DNA of 63,366 nt, the filler included, from Welwitschia mirabilis (taxonomy: Eukaryota), in NCBI GenBank assembly GCA_051453625.1. It is 6 parts of one record of this genome, joined end to end, with 100 filler letters (N's around TTAATTAATTAA, not from the genome) between each part and the next. Parts side by side here need not be neighbours in the genome. Positions count along the whole stretch, not along the records: positions 1 to 17,455 come from JBOZIK010000001.1; positions 17,556 to 33,636 come from JBOZIK010000001.1; 4 more parts are not named here. One strand, written 5' to 3'. Positions within the stretch are counted from its first letter, which is position 1. Each line of letters starts with the position of its first letter. Shown piece after piece: positions 14,371 through 26,122 of this stretch. A program made the position numbers and the translations under genes. Under the pieces are notes generated by a model. That model was not told the origin of the DNA. It ran no database searches and saw nothing but the letters and a program-made list of their open reading frames with translations.

Positions 14371-14449
14371 ATTAGCTTACTTTAACAGGTAGTTATGTGT
14401 TTGCATGTCATAATTAACCTTTTACGCAAGTTAACTAGTTAATTTAACA

Positions 14450-15300
14450 AGGGAGAAACATTAGAATGCATTATTTTATTATTTGTTAATGTTTTTTACC
14501 CTTTTTATTGTTTTGAATGATATTATGAACTTTTTCTTAACATTAGTAGGTATTTTATGATCTTTTGAAGAACACTACAAAATCTAATAGAATTAAAGCA
14601 TCAAGCTTTGGTTCCACCAACGAGGACTACAAGTGCTATTGACATTCAGAGGTGAAATTGCATCAAACTCACATTCTTGCATTATTTTGAAGAAATAACC
14701 ATTTTACACTTATCAGCTTAGTTAGATAATAAATTAGATTCAACCTTAATTTTGGTGACACTTAGAGGAAGTACAAATTAACATGTCATAGTGATATGTG
14801 ACATAAGAAGGATGATTGAGATGAAAACATATGACATGGCATTTATTATTAGCATTATCAGTAGTCAAAGGACATGTCATCACCATGTTTGCATAGGAAG
14901 ATGAAGAATCTTTCCTTATGGCTACATTGTCAAATGCTTGTAACTTCCTTCTTAACTAAGCATCCATTGTAACTCATCTTATGAAACCACCCATCTAATG
15001 CATAAGATAATACCTAACACAATGGTGACTTATACTCCAAGCCTCTTCCCTCATCTAGAAAAGGGCCTTAAATGTCCACTATAAACATATTTTATTTGGA
15101 TTAACATGGTAAAGGATTTGAGNNNNNNNNNNNNNNNNNNNNNNNNNNNNNNNNNNNNNNNNNNNNNNNNNNNNNNNNNNNNNNNNNNNNNNNNNNNNNN
15201 NNNNNNNNNNNNNNNNNNNNNNAATTTAATACAAGAATAAGTTGTTCATTCTTTGATTTCTAGTGCACGTTATCATGGTACTTGTTGCATGCCAAACTTG
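14450..15300 (+). mobile_element. Partial LTR of the same Athila-like family (plus strand, contains a gap)
   Basis: 14730-15120 aligns directly with 15610-16010 and inversely with ~12400-12760. Confidence 0.6.
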
Positions 15301-15320
15301 ACATTCTAAGCAAGTATAAT

Positions 15321-16601
15321 TGATCAGTTTTACATTTGGAAAGATAATTAATTTACTAATTTATTATAAAATTATGTATTTTACCATTTTTATTACATTT
15401 TCATGAAATTACCCCCTTACCTTAGCATTAGTAGGATAATTATAGCCTTTTGAAGAAATCTACAAAAATTGACTACATTCTAGCACCAAACATCGAAGCC
15501 ACTGGTTAGGACTATTAGCATAGCTATCTTTTGAGGAAAAACTTTTAAAATCTCATGTTTTTGCATCTTCTTAGGAAATCAAATCCATTACACTTATGGG
15601 ATCAATTGGATATAAATTAGATTTAACCTTAAACTTCAACGACATATGGCAGAAGTACAAATTGACAGATCATAGCAATGTGTGGCATAATGAGGATGAT
15701 CAAGATAAAGATACATGACATGACATCCATTGGCCGCATCATCAGTAGTTAAAGGACATGTCATCACCATATTTGCATAAGAAGACAAAGCATATTTCTT
15801 TATGACTACATGCCAAACACATTTGTAACTCCCCCTTATGTAATTGCCCTTAAGTAACTCTCCTTATGTAAATGCCACCTAATGCATAAATATAGCACTT
15901 AATGTAATCATTACATAACTCTCCAACCCTTCCTTCATTTATAAAAAGCACTTGGTGCCCTACTGTAAACATCTTTGGTTAGGTTAACATGGGGAAGACT
16001 TGGAGGATTGAAATTTATAATGCTCTAACACTCTTTCTTGGGAGCTGAATGATCCAAGACTAGTTGAGGAGTTCTTCTTTTTCTCTTCCTTCATTAAATG
16101 TATAATTTATTTAGTATTTAAATATAAAACTAGTTTGAATCCTTTCATTATTCATGCACATTTTAATTGGTATTAGCAATATTTAGGTAGGGATAGTTCT
16201 CAAATTAGTTTGACCACTTCATTATCATTACACATTAATTTGGCATTAGCAATATTTAGGTAGGACTAATTCTAAGTGTATTTCATTCTTTTAATTATCA
16301 GTGCACAATCATTTGACATTAGTAATTTTTAAGTAAATCTTACTTAATCTTTAAGCTTCAAAATATAGAAATCATTAGAGCAAAGGAGGAGAGTTAGATG
16401 AATTGCAAGATCCTTAGAACATTTCTATTTATTTACGTTATCAACTGAAGATCACTTTTTCTCTCAACTTTTAGTTTTTCTATTTTTTGAATTTTTCATT
16501 ACAAGTTAGAATTTTCATGTATCTTTTGATTAAACTTACCTGATATATCCCTATATAAGAATGATAACTAAGTGCAAACTTAGTTTAAAATCTAGATCAC
16601 A
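15321..16601 (+). mobile_element. Solo LTR (~1.28 kb) of the same Athila-like family
   Basis: TGATC...GATCACA termini with flanks ATAAT/ATAAA (4/5 TSD). The 3' end 16520-16601 matches the reverse complement of ~11612-11740. Confidence 0.55.
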
Positions 16602-16854
16602 ATAAAGCTATGATCATTATAATCTTTAGTTTCAATTCTAGCAAAGTAATGTAAAGTAAACTTATCTCAAAAAGAGTAAAAAATGCCCTTCTCAATGAAG
16701 GCACCTTATCTTCCACTCATCCTTCTAGAAAAATTAGTAAGAAGAAAAAGAAAATAGACAAAGCAAAAGAAATTATAAAGTTCAAGAAAAGGAATATGAG
16801 AGAAAAATTTTAAAAATGTAATGAATATGAGATTGTAAATAATTTTCATGGAAG

Positions 16855-17185
16855 ATTAACGTTTTAAGGCATTTCTAAGGCATTTTAATATAAATTCCTT
16901 AAAAATGCCTTTTGTGGTGTTTTTGCTAAAAACACCTTAAAAGGAATTAAAACATCATCCTTTTGTGACATTTATCAGATAAATGCCTCAAAATGCCTGT
17001 TAAGACCACCTTAAAAGGAATTAAAACATCATCCTTTTGCGACATTTATCAGATAAACGCTTGAAAATTCCTGTTAAGATGTTTTTTAAATAAACACCTC
17101 AAAATACTTGTTAAGGCATTTTTTACATAAATGCCTCAAAATGCTTGTTAAGGCATTTTTTAAATAAACACCTCAAAATGCCTCA
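16855..17185. repeat. Array of short direct and inverted repeats resembling CACTA (En/Spm) subterminal repeats
   Basis: About 15 copies of AAAYRCCTYAAAA / TTAAGGCATTT in both orientations, plus a duplicated ~74-bp block (16932-17005, 17006-17080). No intact CACTA terminus seen. Confidence 0.55.
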
Positions 17186-17455
17186 CTTGCATTAAAAAAA
17201 AAATTATAAAGTTGTGATTGTGTCTATTATCTACTAAGCTTTTATAACATTCTCAAAATTGTAGATATGAATAAGACCAAGGAATCCACATTCATATCTA
17301 AACAAAATATTCTTGCGGATAGCTCTAATTTTCATTTGATTTAACAATTTGTTTTACTGGTTTTAAGGTTCTTTATGAAAGGAATTGGAGCACCAAAGTA
17401 CCTCTAATTTTCTATTAGAAAGCTATAGATTGTACAAAGATGGAATATGCAAGCC

Positions 17456-17555
17456 NNNNNNNNNNNNNNNNNNNNNNNNNNNNNNNNNNNNNNNNNNNNT
17501 TAATTAATTAANNNNNNNNNNNNNNNNNNNNNNNNNNNNNNNNNNNNNNNNNNNN
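17456..17555. other. Artificial scaffold spacer N44-TTAATTAATTAA-N44
   Basis: The identical 100-bp construct recurs, with the 12-mer at 17500, 33681, 56990, 60374 and 62039. The 12-mer places stops in all six frames. Confidence 0.95.
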
Positions 17556-18333
17556 AGATCATGCGAGATTTTGTGTGGGTACCCACACACCCCTCAGTTC
17601 TGATGGGGATTTAAACTCCTCACTGCAAGAAAAACACTAACCCCATTTAACCAATAATATATACACTTCATAAAATCATAAATAATTTTATAAGCATAAA
17701 ATTTTTTAAATTTCATGTGCAATGTGACTTGTATGTCTACAGTCTAGACAAGGTGTCTCCTAAAAATAACAATAACAATTTAAATCCTTGTGAAGGAATC
17801 TGACATGCTACAAAAAAATCATGGGTGTTAATGCTTTAGGAAATAAAAAACTATTGCAGATTCATACCTATAATTACTTTTTCATGAAACATAANNNNNN
17901 NNNNNNNNNNNNNNNNNNNNNNNNNNNNNNNNNNNNNNNNNNNNNNNNNNNNNNNNNNNNNNNNNNNNNNNNNNNNNNNNNNNNNNNNNNNNNNNNNNNN
18001 NNNNNNNNNNNNNNNNNNNNNNNNNNNNNNNNNNNNNNNNNNNNNNNNNNNNNNNNNNNNNNNNNNNNNNNNNNNNNNNNNNNNNNNNNNNNNNNNNNNN
18101 NNNNNNNNNNNNNNNNNNNNNNNNNNNNNNNNNNNNNNNNNNNNNNNNNNNNNNNNNNNNNNNNNNNNNNNNNNNNNNNNNNNNNNNNNNNNNNNNNNNN
18201 NNNNNNNNNNNNNNNNNNNNNNNNNNNNNNNNNNNNNNNNNNNNNNNNNNNNNNNNNNNNNNNNNNNNNNNNNNNNNNNNNNNNNNNNNNNNNNNNNNNN
18301 NNNNNNNNNNNNNNNNNNNNNNNNNNNNNNNNG

Positions 18334-18640
18334 CAGAGCAGTTATATGTGTCGTCCACGTATTAACCAAAATACTTTAAAGTGGAAGTGATGGGGATTTG
18401 GTACATTTCACAAGCATGCATTAATAGTGGGCCATGCACAATATGCAGATCGTGATAACCACATCTGGATGCACATAATTTTTTCCGGTTGGGGGATAAA
18501 CTCTGCGGTACAAAATTGACGCTTAGTCCCCAATTGGGTGATCTCCATTGCAATTCAACATGAAACCCTTCATGGACATGCGTTGGATCAAGGATAGTTG
18601 GGTTGATCTAGGCGTCTCCGGATCCTAGTGGCTTAGCCAT
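18334..18640 (-). pseudogene. Near-open reading frame of unknown identity (MAKPLGSGDA*INPTILDPTHVHEGFHVELQWRSP...LKYFG*YVDDTYNCS), running into a gap
   Basis: About 100 codons with only two in-frame stops (18608-18610, 18362-18364), each one C>T step from a Gln codon, in GC-richer CpG-retaining DNA. No family recognised. Confidence 0.3.
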
Positions 18641-18899
18641 ATTAAAAATGTAAAGGAACTTCTTCACAATGTATGCCTCTAAAGCATTCACACTCAGGAA
18701 TTTTAACCAATATTCTCATAAGTGGTTCAACAAGCCGACAATATTTTGAAAACTTCAAAAGAAATGTCCAACCAAATATTTTATTTTAATATTCAAAGGG
18801 CTTACGACCCCTTCACTTACAGAACATTGTTTACAGAGTAAGGATGACTGAAATGTAGGCTTCAAAGAATACCAGAACAATACTTATATATACAAAGTA

Positions 18900-19990
18900 T
18901 TAATATGCACTCGTGGGTAAAAACTGCTCCGAACCTCCTATGTAAAACTGATCTGAAAAACCTTCGAAAGATCACGAGATCTTTGGACACAACTGTAACA
19001 GAGGAAACAATTCTCGAGAGCTAGAGACCCACAATACATAAGCAATCAACAATCAGTGTATTCGGAAACGTGAAAAACAGAAATCCCAAATAACGCACTC
19101 TGTATAATACAAATTGACACGAAGTCTTCTAAAGGCTTTGATAGACAGAAATAATGCCTTCTCATGCAAAAAAAGCTTAAAAATGTACAAAGATCACTAA
19201 TACAGCGCCAGATTATAGCCGTCCAACCTCTATGCCATATTATAGCCTCCAACCTTGGAAAACCTTTAGGACAATAAACAAAGCCAGAAATGCAACCAAA
19301 ACATCGAAATACGAACACAAAGTGCCTAAACCACATTTGCTCACCGGAAATGCTCTAAAGCCTTAAAGAAAAATATCATGCAAAGAAAATTCTGAAGGCG
19401 CGTTCCATCAAACCACGCAAAGAACAGAGAAGAAGTACTTGAAACTTGTAAATCCTTGGAAAAGCGGAATTCGAAACACTAACCAAGGGTTTGGAGGAGC
19501 GTCAAGAAACAAAAGCGAGGAAACACAAAAATGAAAGGAACAAAAGCGTAATGAATCATAAGCAGCAAAGTGAGAAAGAGAAATAAAAAAGCATCCAACC
19601 TCGGAAAACCTTTATGATAATAGACAAAGCCAGAAATGCAATCAAAACATCGAATACGAACACAAAGCGCCTAAACCACATTTGCTCACCGGAAATGCTC
19701 CAAAGCCTTGAAGAAAAATATCATGCGAAGAAAATTCTGAAGGCGCATTCCATCAAACCACGTAAAGTACAAAGAAGAAGTATTTGAAACCTGTAAATCC
19801 TTGGAAAAGCGGAATCCGAAACCCTAAGTAGCGAAGCAAGAAAGAGAAATAAAAAAGCGTCTACCGGAGGAAGATAGACCAACGTGGCTTCGAAAAAGAT
19901 TTTATTTAATTTTGGTAAAAGAGTTCAGAAAAAAAAATAAATAACGCCATCCTTGACAATTCAGTGGCTGGGGATGGCCTCTTGACCAAA
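18900..19990 (-). promoter_or_regulatory. CpG-retaining promoter/5' UTR-like island
   Basis: Many CG dinucleotides compared with the flanks. Contains a telo-box AAACCCTAA (19820-19828), an ACGTGG core (~19882), a pyrimidine-rich leader on the minus strand and donor-like CCG|GTGAGC (~19690 and ~19345). Confidence 0.5.
19249..19862. repeat. Tandem duplication of a ~265-bp unit, left copy with an extra ~75 bp
   Basis: 19249-19595 versus 19596-19862: CCAACCTYGGAAAACCTTTA...AAAGAGAAATAAAAAAGCRTC. Confidence 0.9.
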
Positions 19991-20629
19991 AGACACTTAT
20001 GTAAAGTTATGCATTCAGTATCATTTTGTTGTTTTTAAGCAAGTACTAAACCAATAAGTTTCTTTGATTTTAGGTTTTAATAATTTGCTTTATAAGCATC
20101 CACCTGAGTTTCCCATTAAGATTCCCTCATATCATTGCAATATAATTGTTGTAGGTTTGTGAGGACATTGTTATCCTTGGAGAGAACCAATTGTGTCAAA
20201 TAATCTTAATGGAGAAGATTTTACCTTGAATCTTGGTTTCACACATTGTGAGAAAGGATTAATTGTTTATAATTACCAATGTTTTTCTCATGTGAGAAGT
20301 AGCAACATTCTTATGTAATGGTTTTGTATTTAATGAAGAGTTTCGTCTTGACTCTTGTGTTATGAAAATAATGCTTTTATGAATTATAAATGCATAGTCT
20401 ATTCATTAATAAAGAAACCTAATGGTTTAATTATGTTATTATAGCACATATTTCCTTTAATAAAAAATAATATTATTAAACTAGCACTATTACATATTTG
20501 AATTGATAACAAAATGCCAGGTCATACATTAAGTTCTGATTTATTGTAAGTGTAATGTCATATTTTCATTAAATAAATTTATTGCAATCATAGAATCTTC
20601 AATGCATAGTATTTAGTTGAGATATAACT

Positions 20630-21112
20630 AGCTTAAGTGTATGTGTTATATACAATTAATATTTGGACAAGAGATATCAATTTTTGTCTCTTTTCAGATT
20701 AGTGTACAGGTATTAACCTAATTAAATTTTACCTCCACATTGGTTTTCCCTTTAACTACAACAAAAGTTGACTTGCCCGTATTGTAAATTCAATATTAAC
20801 TATTCACTAGAAGTTAATGCCTCGCTCTTAATCAAAATTTTTTAGGGAAATTTTGGCTAACACTAGGAAAATTTTGGCTAACACTAGGAAAATTTTAGCC
20901 GAAAGCGAAGCATTGACTTTTAGGGAATGGTCAACTTTACAATTAAAGTCGACATTGATCATGGGCAAAGTTAACTTTCACTGTGGTTAAAATCAATGCC
21001 AATGTTGAGATAAAATGTAATTAGTTTAATGCTTATACCATTGTTCGAAAGGTAGTAGAAATTGATATCTCTTGGCCAACTATTAGATGTATGTAAAATA
21101 TACATTTAAGGT
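20630..21112. mobile_element. Fold-back/MITE-like element with ~215-bp imperfect inverted arms (possibly Mutator-derived)
   Basis: CTTAAGTGTATG..TTGGACAAGAGATATCAATTT at left pairs with AAATTGATATCTCTTGGCCAA..ATACATTTAAG at right. The centre has a 21-bp tandem GGAAAATTTTGGCTAACACTA x2. Confidence 0.75.
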
Positions 21113-21566
21113 AGTGGTCACGTGTCACTGATTGCAAGTAAGGAAAATTAATGAACGTTATTGGTAATAAATGGTCTAAAAATATGGGTTATAAGAAATT
21201 AACAAAGTTTTTACTTTATTTTGATGCAAGTGATGAAATATTATAAGAATATCTTAAAAACAAGTTTTTGAAGAATGTATTTTATGTCATAGAAATGAAA
21301 AGAATTTAATATATTATAGAAATGAAAAAATATATATCTTATGTAAATGATTTTTGTATCGAGACAAAAAAAGTATGAAATATGTTTATTTTAATTCAAT
21401 ATCGGTATCACAATAGAAAAGGATACTAGTCAACCAAACATTAGATATATATATAAGATATATATGTTAAGTGGTGGACATGTGCAACTTTATAAGTAAT
21501 GAATGTTAACAAAAATGTAATAATTTTTCTTGGAAGTTGTCTACAAATCATGTATTGAGATAACGA

Positions 21567-22912
21567 GGCCATTGTGTAGTGGAGAGTAAAAGTTGAAACA
21601 TTGAGAAGTGAAAAGCCTGGGGCATCATAAATAAATTAAGAGAATCGGGTCATNNNNNNNNNNNNNNNNNNNNNNNNNNNNNNNNNNNNNNNNNNNNNNN
21701 NNNNNNNNNNNNNNNNNNNNNNNNNNNNNNNNNNNNNNNNNNNNNNNNNNNNNNNNNNNNNNNNNNNNNNNNNNNNNNNNNNNNNNNNNNNNNNNNNNNN
21801 NNNNNNNNNNNNNNNNNNNNNNNNNNNNNNNNNNNNNNNNNNNNNNNNNNNNNNNNNNNNNNNNNNNNNNNNNNNNNNNNNNNNNNNNNNNNNNNNNNNN
21901 NNNNNNNNNNNNNNNNNNNNNNNNNNNNNNNNNNNNNNNNNNNNNNNNNNNNNNNNNNNNNNNNNNNNNNNNNNNNNNNNNNNNNNNNNNNNNNNNNNNN
22001 NNNNNNNNNNNNNNNNNNNNNNNNNNNNNNNNNNNNNNNNNNNNNNNNNNNNNNNNNNNNNNNNNNNNNNNNNNNNNNNNNNNNNNNNNNNNNNNNNNNN
22101 NNNNNNNNNNNNNNNNNNNNNNNNNNNNNNNNNNNNNNNNNNNNNNNNNNNNNNNNNNNNNNNNNNNNNNNNNNNNNNNNNNNNNNNNNNNNNNNNNNNN
22201 NNNNNNNNNNNNNNNNNNNNNNNNNNNNNNNNNNNNNNNNNNNNNNNNNNNNNNNNNNNNNNNNNNNNNNNNNNNNNNNNNNNNNNNNNNNNNNNNNNNN
22301 NNNNNNNNNNNNNNNNNNNNNNNNNNNNNNNNNNNNNNNNNNNNNNNNNNNNNNNNNNNNNNNNNNNNNNNNNNNNNNNNNNNNNNNNNNNNNNNNNNNN
22401 NNNNNNNNNNNNNNNNNNNNNNNNNNNNNNNNNNNNNNNNNNNNNNNNNNNNNNNNNNNNNNNNNNNNNNNNNNNNNNNNNNNNNNNNNNNNNNNNNNNN
22501 NNNNNNNNNNNNNNNNNNNNNNNTGAAACATTGATAAGTGAAAAGCCTGTGGCATCATAAATAAATTAAGAGAATCGGGTCATTATGTAGAGAAGAGAAA
22601 AGTTAAAGCGCCAAGAAATGAAAGACATTAGGAATCATAAGTGACTTAAGAGAAGGGGGCCATTGTGTAATGGAAAGAAGAGTTGAAGCATCGCAAAATG
22701 ATAAGCCTTAGGCATCATGAATGACTTAAGAGAATGTAGTAATTGTGTAGTGGAGATAGAAGTTAAAGCATCTAAAAATGAAACTCATTGGGCATTATAA
22801 ATGACTTAAGGTAATGAGCCATTACGTAATGGAGAAACAAGTTGAACATCAAGAAAAGAAAATCCTTGGGTTTCATAATTGACATCTAGTGAATTGAGAA
22901 GTTGAAGCATCA
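21567..22912. repeat. ~80-bp tandem repeat (minisatellite/satellite) spanning an ~870-N gap
   Basis: Unit starts (ATTGTGTAGTGGAGA...) at 21571, 21652, 22582, 22662, 22742 and 22821. Confidence 0.9.
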
Positions 22913-23923
22913 AAATCAACTTTTCCTCTTTTTGACAAATTAGGGGTTTGAGATTGTCATCTTAGGCAAAATAGGAAGAAAACACTATAGGATACTTTAA
23001 GTACACATAGTCATACTATTAGCTTTTATATAAAGATGACAATACAGTAGTATCTAAGTACAACTAGTGATACACACTCATATCATTAAGTTTTTATGTG
23101 CATTAAAGCCAGTTTTTAAAGTCTTAAGCATGGAGGTTAATAAGCGTACTAAACTACTTCTCAATAATTTTCACAAGTGTAATGTTTCAACATCAATTCG
23201 ACTGGGGATATGAATTGGTGCCCTATGTCACATAAGCATGTTGAAGACGCAACATTTAAAATAATAAAAACAATATATAGAGTCAATAATTCTTAATTTT
23301 ATATATTCATTAATGATTTAGCTAAAGCAATGCTTTGACAGAGTACTTTCTTTATGTTTGATGGAGATTCCCCAACAATAGTAATTGATGATAATGCTAG
23401 AGTTGTTAATATTTTTTTTTAACTTCATGCATAGTATTCAATTTGTGATACAGAGTATGATTCACCACCATCTCAAAGAATTGATTATGCATAAAATTCA
23501 AGACAAAGTTTGGATCAATGCAACACAAAATATAAGAGTTAATGAAAAGTAAAAGAAAAAAAATGAAAAAATGAAGTTTCCCAAGGACAAAAGTGATGCT
23601 AGAGGATTATAGATGTGATAAAACATACACGAAAAATTATAAAATGAATATTACATTGTTAAATTAGAGATTATAAATTTTGTTGCAAGAAATGTGCAGC
23701 ATTTTAATTCTTCTTGTGCACCTAATTTACAAGAAATAAATTTTGAATAATAAACATGTAATAATTAAAATATTAAAAAAATTACAATATCCCTTGTCAA
23801 TTTATAACCTAGATTAAGAGAAGGATTTACTTTGCAATGTGGCACCTCATTCTTTGATGTCTTTATAAGATAGTACTTTGCCATAATGACAATAGCTGAT
23901 GTGAAGTAGTAGTTGCACAACTC

Positions 23924-24003
23924 ATGAAAGTCACATTTGTCATTTTTAGGATATGTGACAAGCTTATGAAAGTCACATTTGTCATTTTTAGGATATGTGA
24001 CAA
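23924..24003. repeat. Near-exact ~42-bp tandem duplication
   Basis: ATGAAAGTCACATTTGTCATTTTTAGGATATGTGACAA occurs twice. Each unit contains the inverted pair GTCACAT...ATGTGAC. Confidence 0.85.
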
Positions 24004-25270
24004 CCTATTTCCAAACTATATCTGTCTATTTTAGAGCCACAATGAGTTAATAAAAGCCAAAAGGGGCAAAATTAATGTAGGATTAGTAAACACCAATCAA
24101 AAAACGATATTAGGAAAAAGTCAAAATCAAAGATATTAAAAAACCGAATTATGAGATGTAGAAGCATTAATTTAATAGTTTTATTACACAATTGTTTGTA
24201 TTTTCCTTATTAAAAATTGTTATTCCTTATAAATTCATTAGTATACCAATGTAGATTAATCATTGCTAACATCGTATTATAATAGTTAAAAAAGTCTAAA
24301 TAAAATAGTTTTATTAATAAAAGTAACATGTTTTATTGATTAATAAAATTTAAAATAATAAAAGTAATACATTTATATGTTAATCAAAGCAATATGTTTT
24401 ATTATATATTAGCAAGCTTATTAACAAAATAAATGTTAAAAAATACAAGTAATATAAGTTGGAAATGATAAAGTGAAATATCATAAAATGTGGTGACATT
24501 TTTTATGTGAGAAAGGGGAAGCCAAGTCAGTAAGTATGTGTCACACAAACCCCTAGTGGCATTTGGGCGCATGCAAATTATACACCTCTGCCAATGTAGG
24601 GGTTTATCTTGGGAACTCATGTTTAATATATCCAAGGTTTTACCATTGTGGCAACCAATCTTGAACATGTGAAATTTTATAATTAAAAACATAGTTTCTT
24701 ATTATAAGTAGGCCTAAACCAAGATGAAATGAGCCTCTTACATTTCTATTAAAAAATTCAATAGTTCTATAAACTTTTATTAAATTTTAATATTATAAGT
24801 ACATATTTATTTTTATTTTTATTTATATTTATTCCCCTTATTTTTTTATATTGATATTTTTTTATTTTTGAAGTTGTTTAATGTTCTTTATTGTTTAATT
24901 TATTTAAATTAATTATTTTATTCAAATTTAAAGGCATATAAAAATGAAATTTGGTAGATGAAAAGATGACATGAAAAAAATACAAAAGTGAATTTTGTAC
25001 TTAGGTTTTGGCCTCTCGAGAAAAAATAATAATTATAAAAAGTATCGCATGGAAAAAAATAATAATTATAAAAAGTATTACATAGTTTTATTAATACTAG
25101 TACGACAACACTATTTATAAGCTACTCATCATAACATTATCATACTTTTCATTTTCTTAATCCTAAAATAACCTTTCATATGTATATTACTGAAATTAAA
25201 GATGACTTTCAAACATGGAACTTTCTTGGCTATTATAATTGGATGCCAACTTAAATCCAAAACAACCACC

Positions 25271-26122
25271 TATTATAGAGAAAATATGTATCTTATACGT
25301 TGTTATTAAAAATAAAAAAGAAATAAAATTTAAAAGTGAATAAAAATACACCAAATATATACAAAGTGGAATATTTCAACTTTTATTAAGATCAACTATG
25401 CTATCTCTTTGATGCCATAAAAGCTAGCTTTTTAGCCTACACTAACCACTTTCCTTTGAAGAGACTTCCAATGTTATGGTCCTCGCTAGTAAATAGTGCT
25501 GGATTTAAAAATAATGCTATCGACAGATGGATCTTCTCCAAGTTTACCACAACCTAGTGATCAACACTCTTGAACTGACCATTACTCAAAATCACAAGCA
25601 CACATAGAGAACAATAAAAACAAACAAAACCCTGAAGCCAAATAATGTTTTATAGTTTATTCGGAATACAAAACTTCTTACATAATTTTACTTATGCAAA
25701 ACCTTGTATTTCTCTCCAAACATGTTTTTAATTCCTTTATATATGTCACCATTATATTCATGTGAGTTAGGACCATTATATTTATGTAAGTGAGGATACT
25801 AAGATTGACCCCATGTTTGTGTAAGAGTTGTTATAGAGGAGAGGACATTGATGTTTGCTACTCTTGCATTACATTGCTTTTGTCATCATTCTCTATATAA
25901 GCATGATTATTGATTACGATAAGCATCCAGTCTCATAGTCCCTTTCTTTTATTTGTTAATGATGAAGAATAATTTGTATTTGACATTTAACTTGTAGACA
26001 TCATATTGATGTTTAGTATCTGCTTATTGACTATTAGTAAGAGGGTTTTTTTTCCTATAGGGATGCTTTCCATCTATTGATTTAGTCCTTGCATTGTATG
26101 GTCAGACATTTTTAATACTACA
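25271..26122. mobile_element. Possible decayed solo LTR (Tat-like)
   Basis: Ends ...ATACTACA. The internal CCTTTGAAGAGACTTCCAATG motif and the TATA-like tract resemble the layout of 35564-36040. The left end and TSD are unclear. Confidence 0.3.

Noticed and set aside
17621..17633. CACTGCAAGAAAA as a CACTA terminal repeat
   Set aside because: No subterminal repeats follow, no partner end was found, and it lies on a different scaffold from the 16855-17185 array.
18620..18640. MAKPLGS resembling the N-terminus of plant complex I subunit B12 (NDUFB3)
   Set aside because: The following residues lack the FFRRRDEWRKHP motif, so the match is probably chance.
21567..22912. Regularly spaced repeat as a CRISPR array
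   Set aside because: The whole unit repeats with no unique spacers, there are no cas genes, and the context is eukaryotic.
23640..23720. Possible MULE SWIM zinc-finger remnant
   Set aside because: Key Cys/His residues are absent and there is no supporting transposase nearby.
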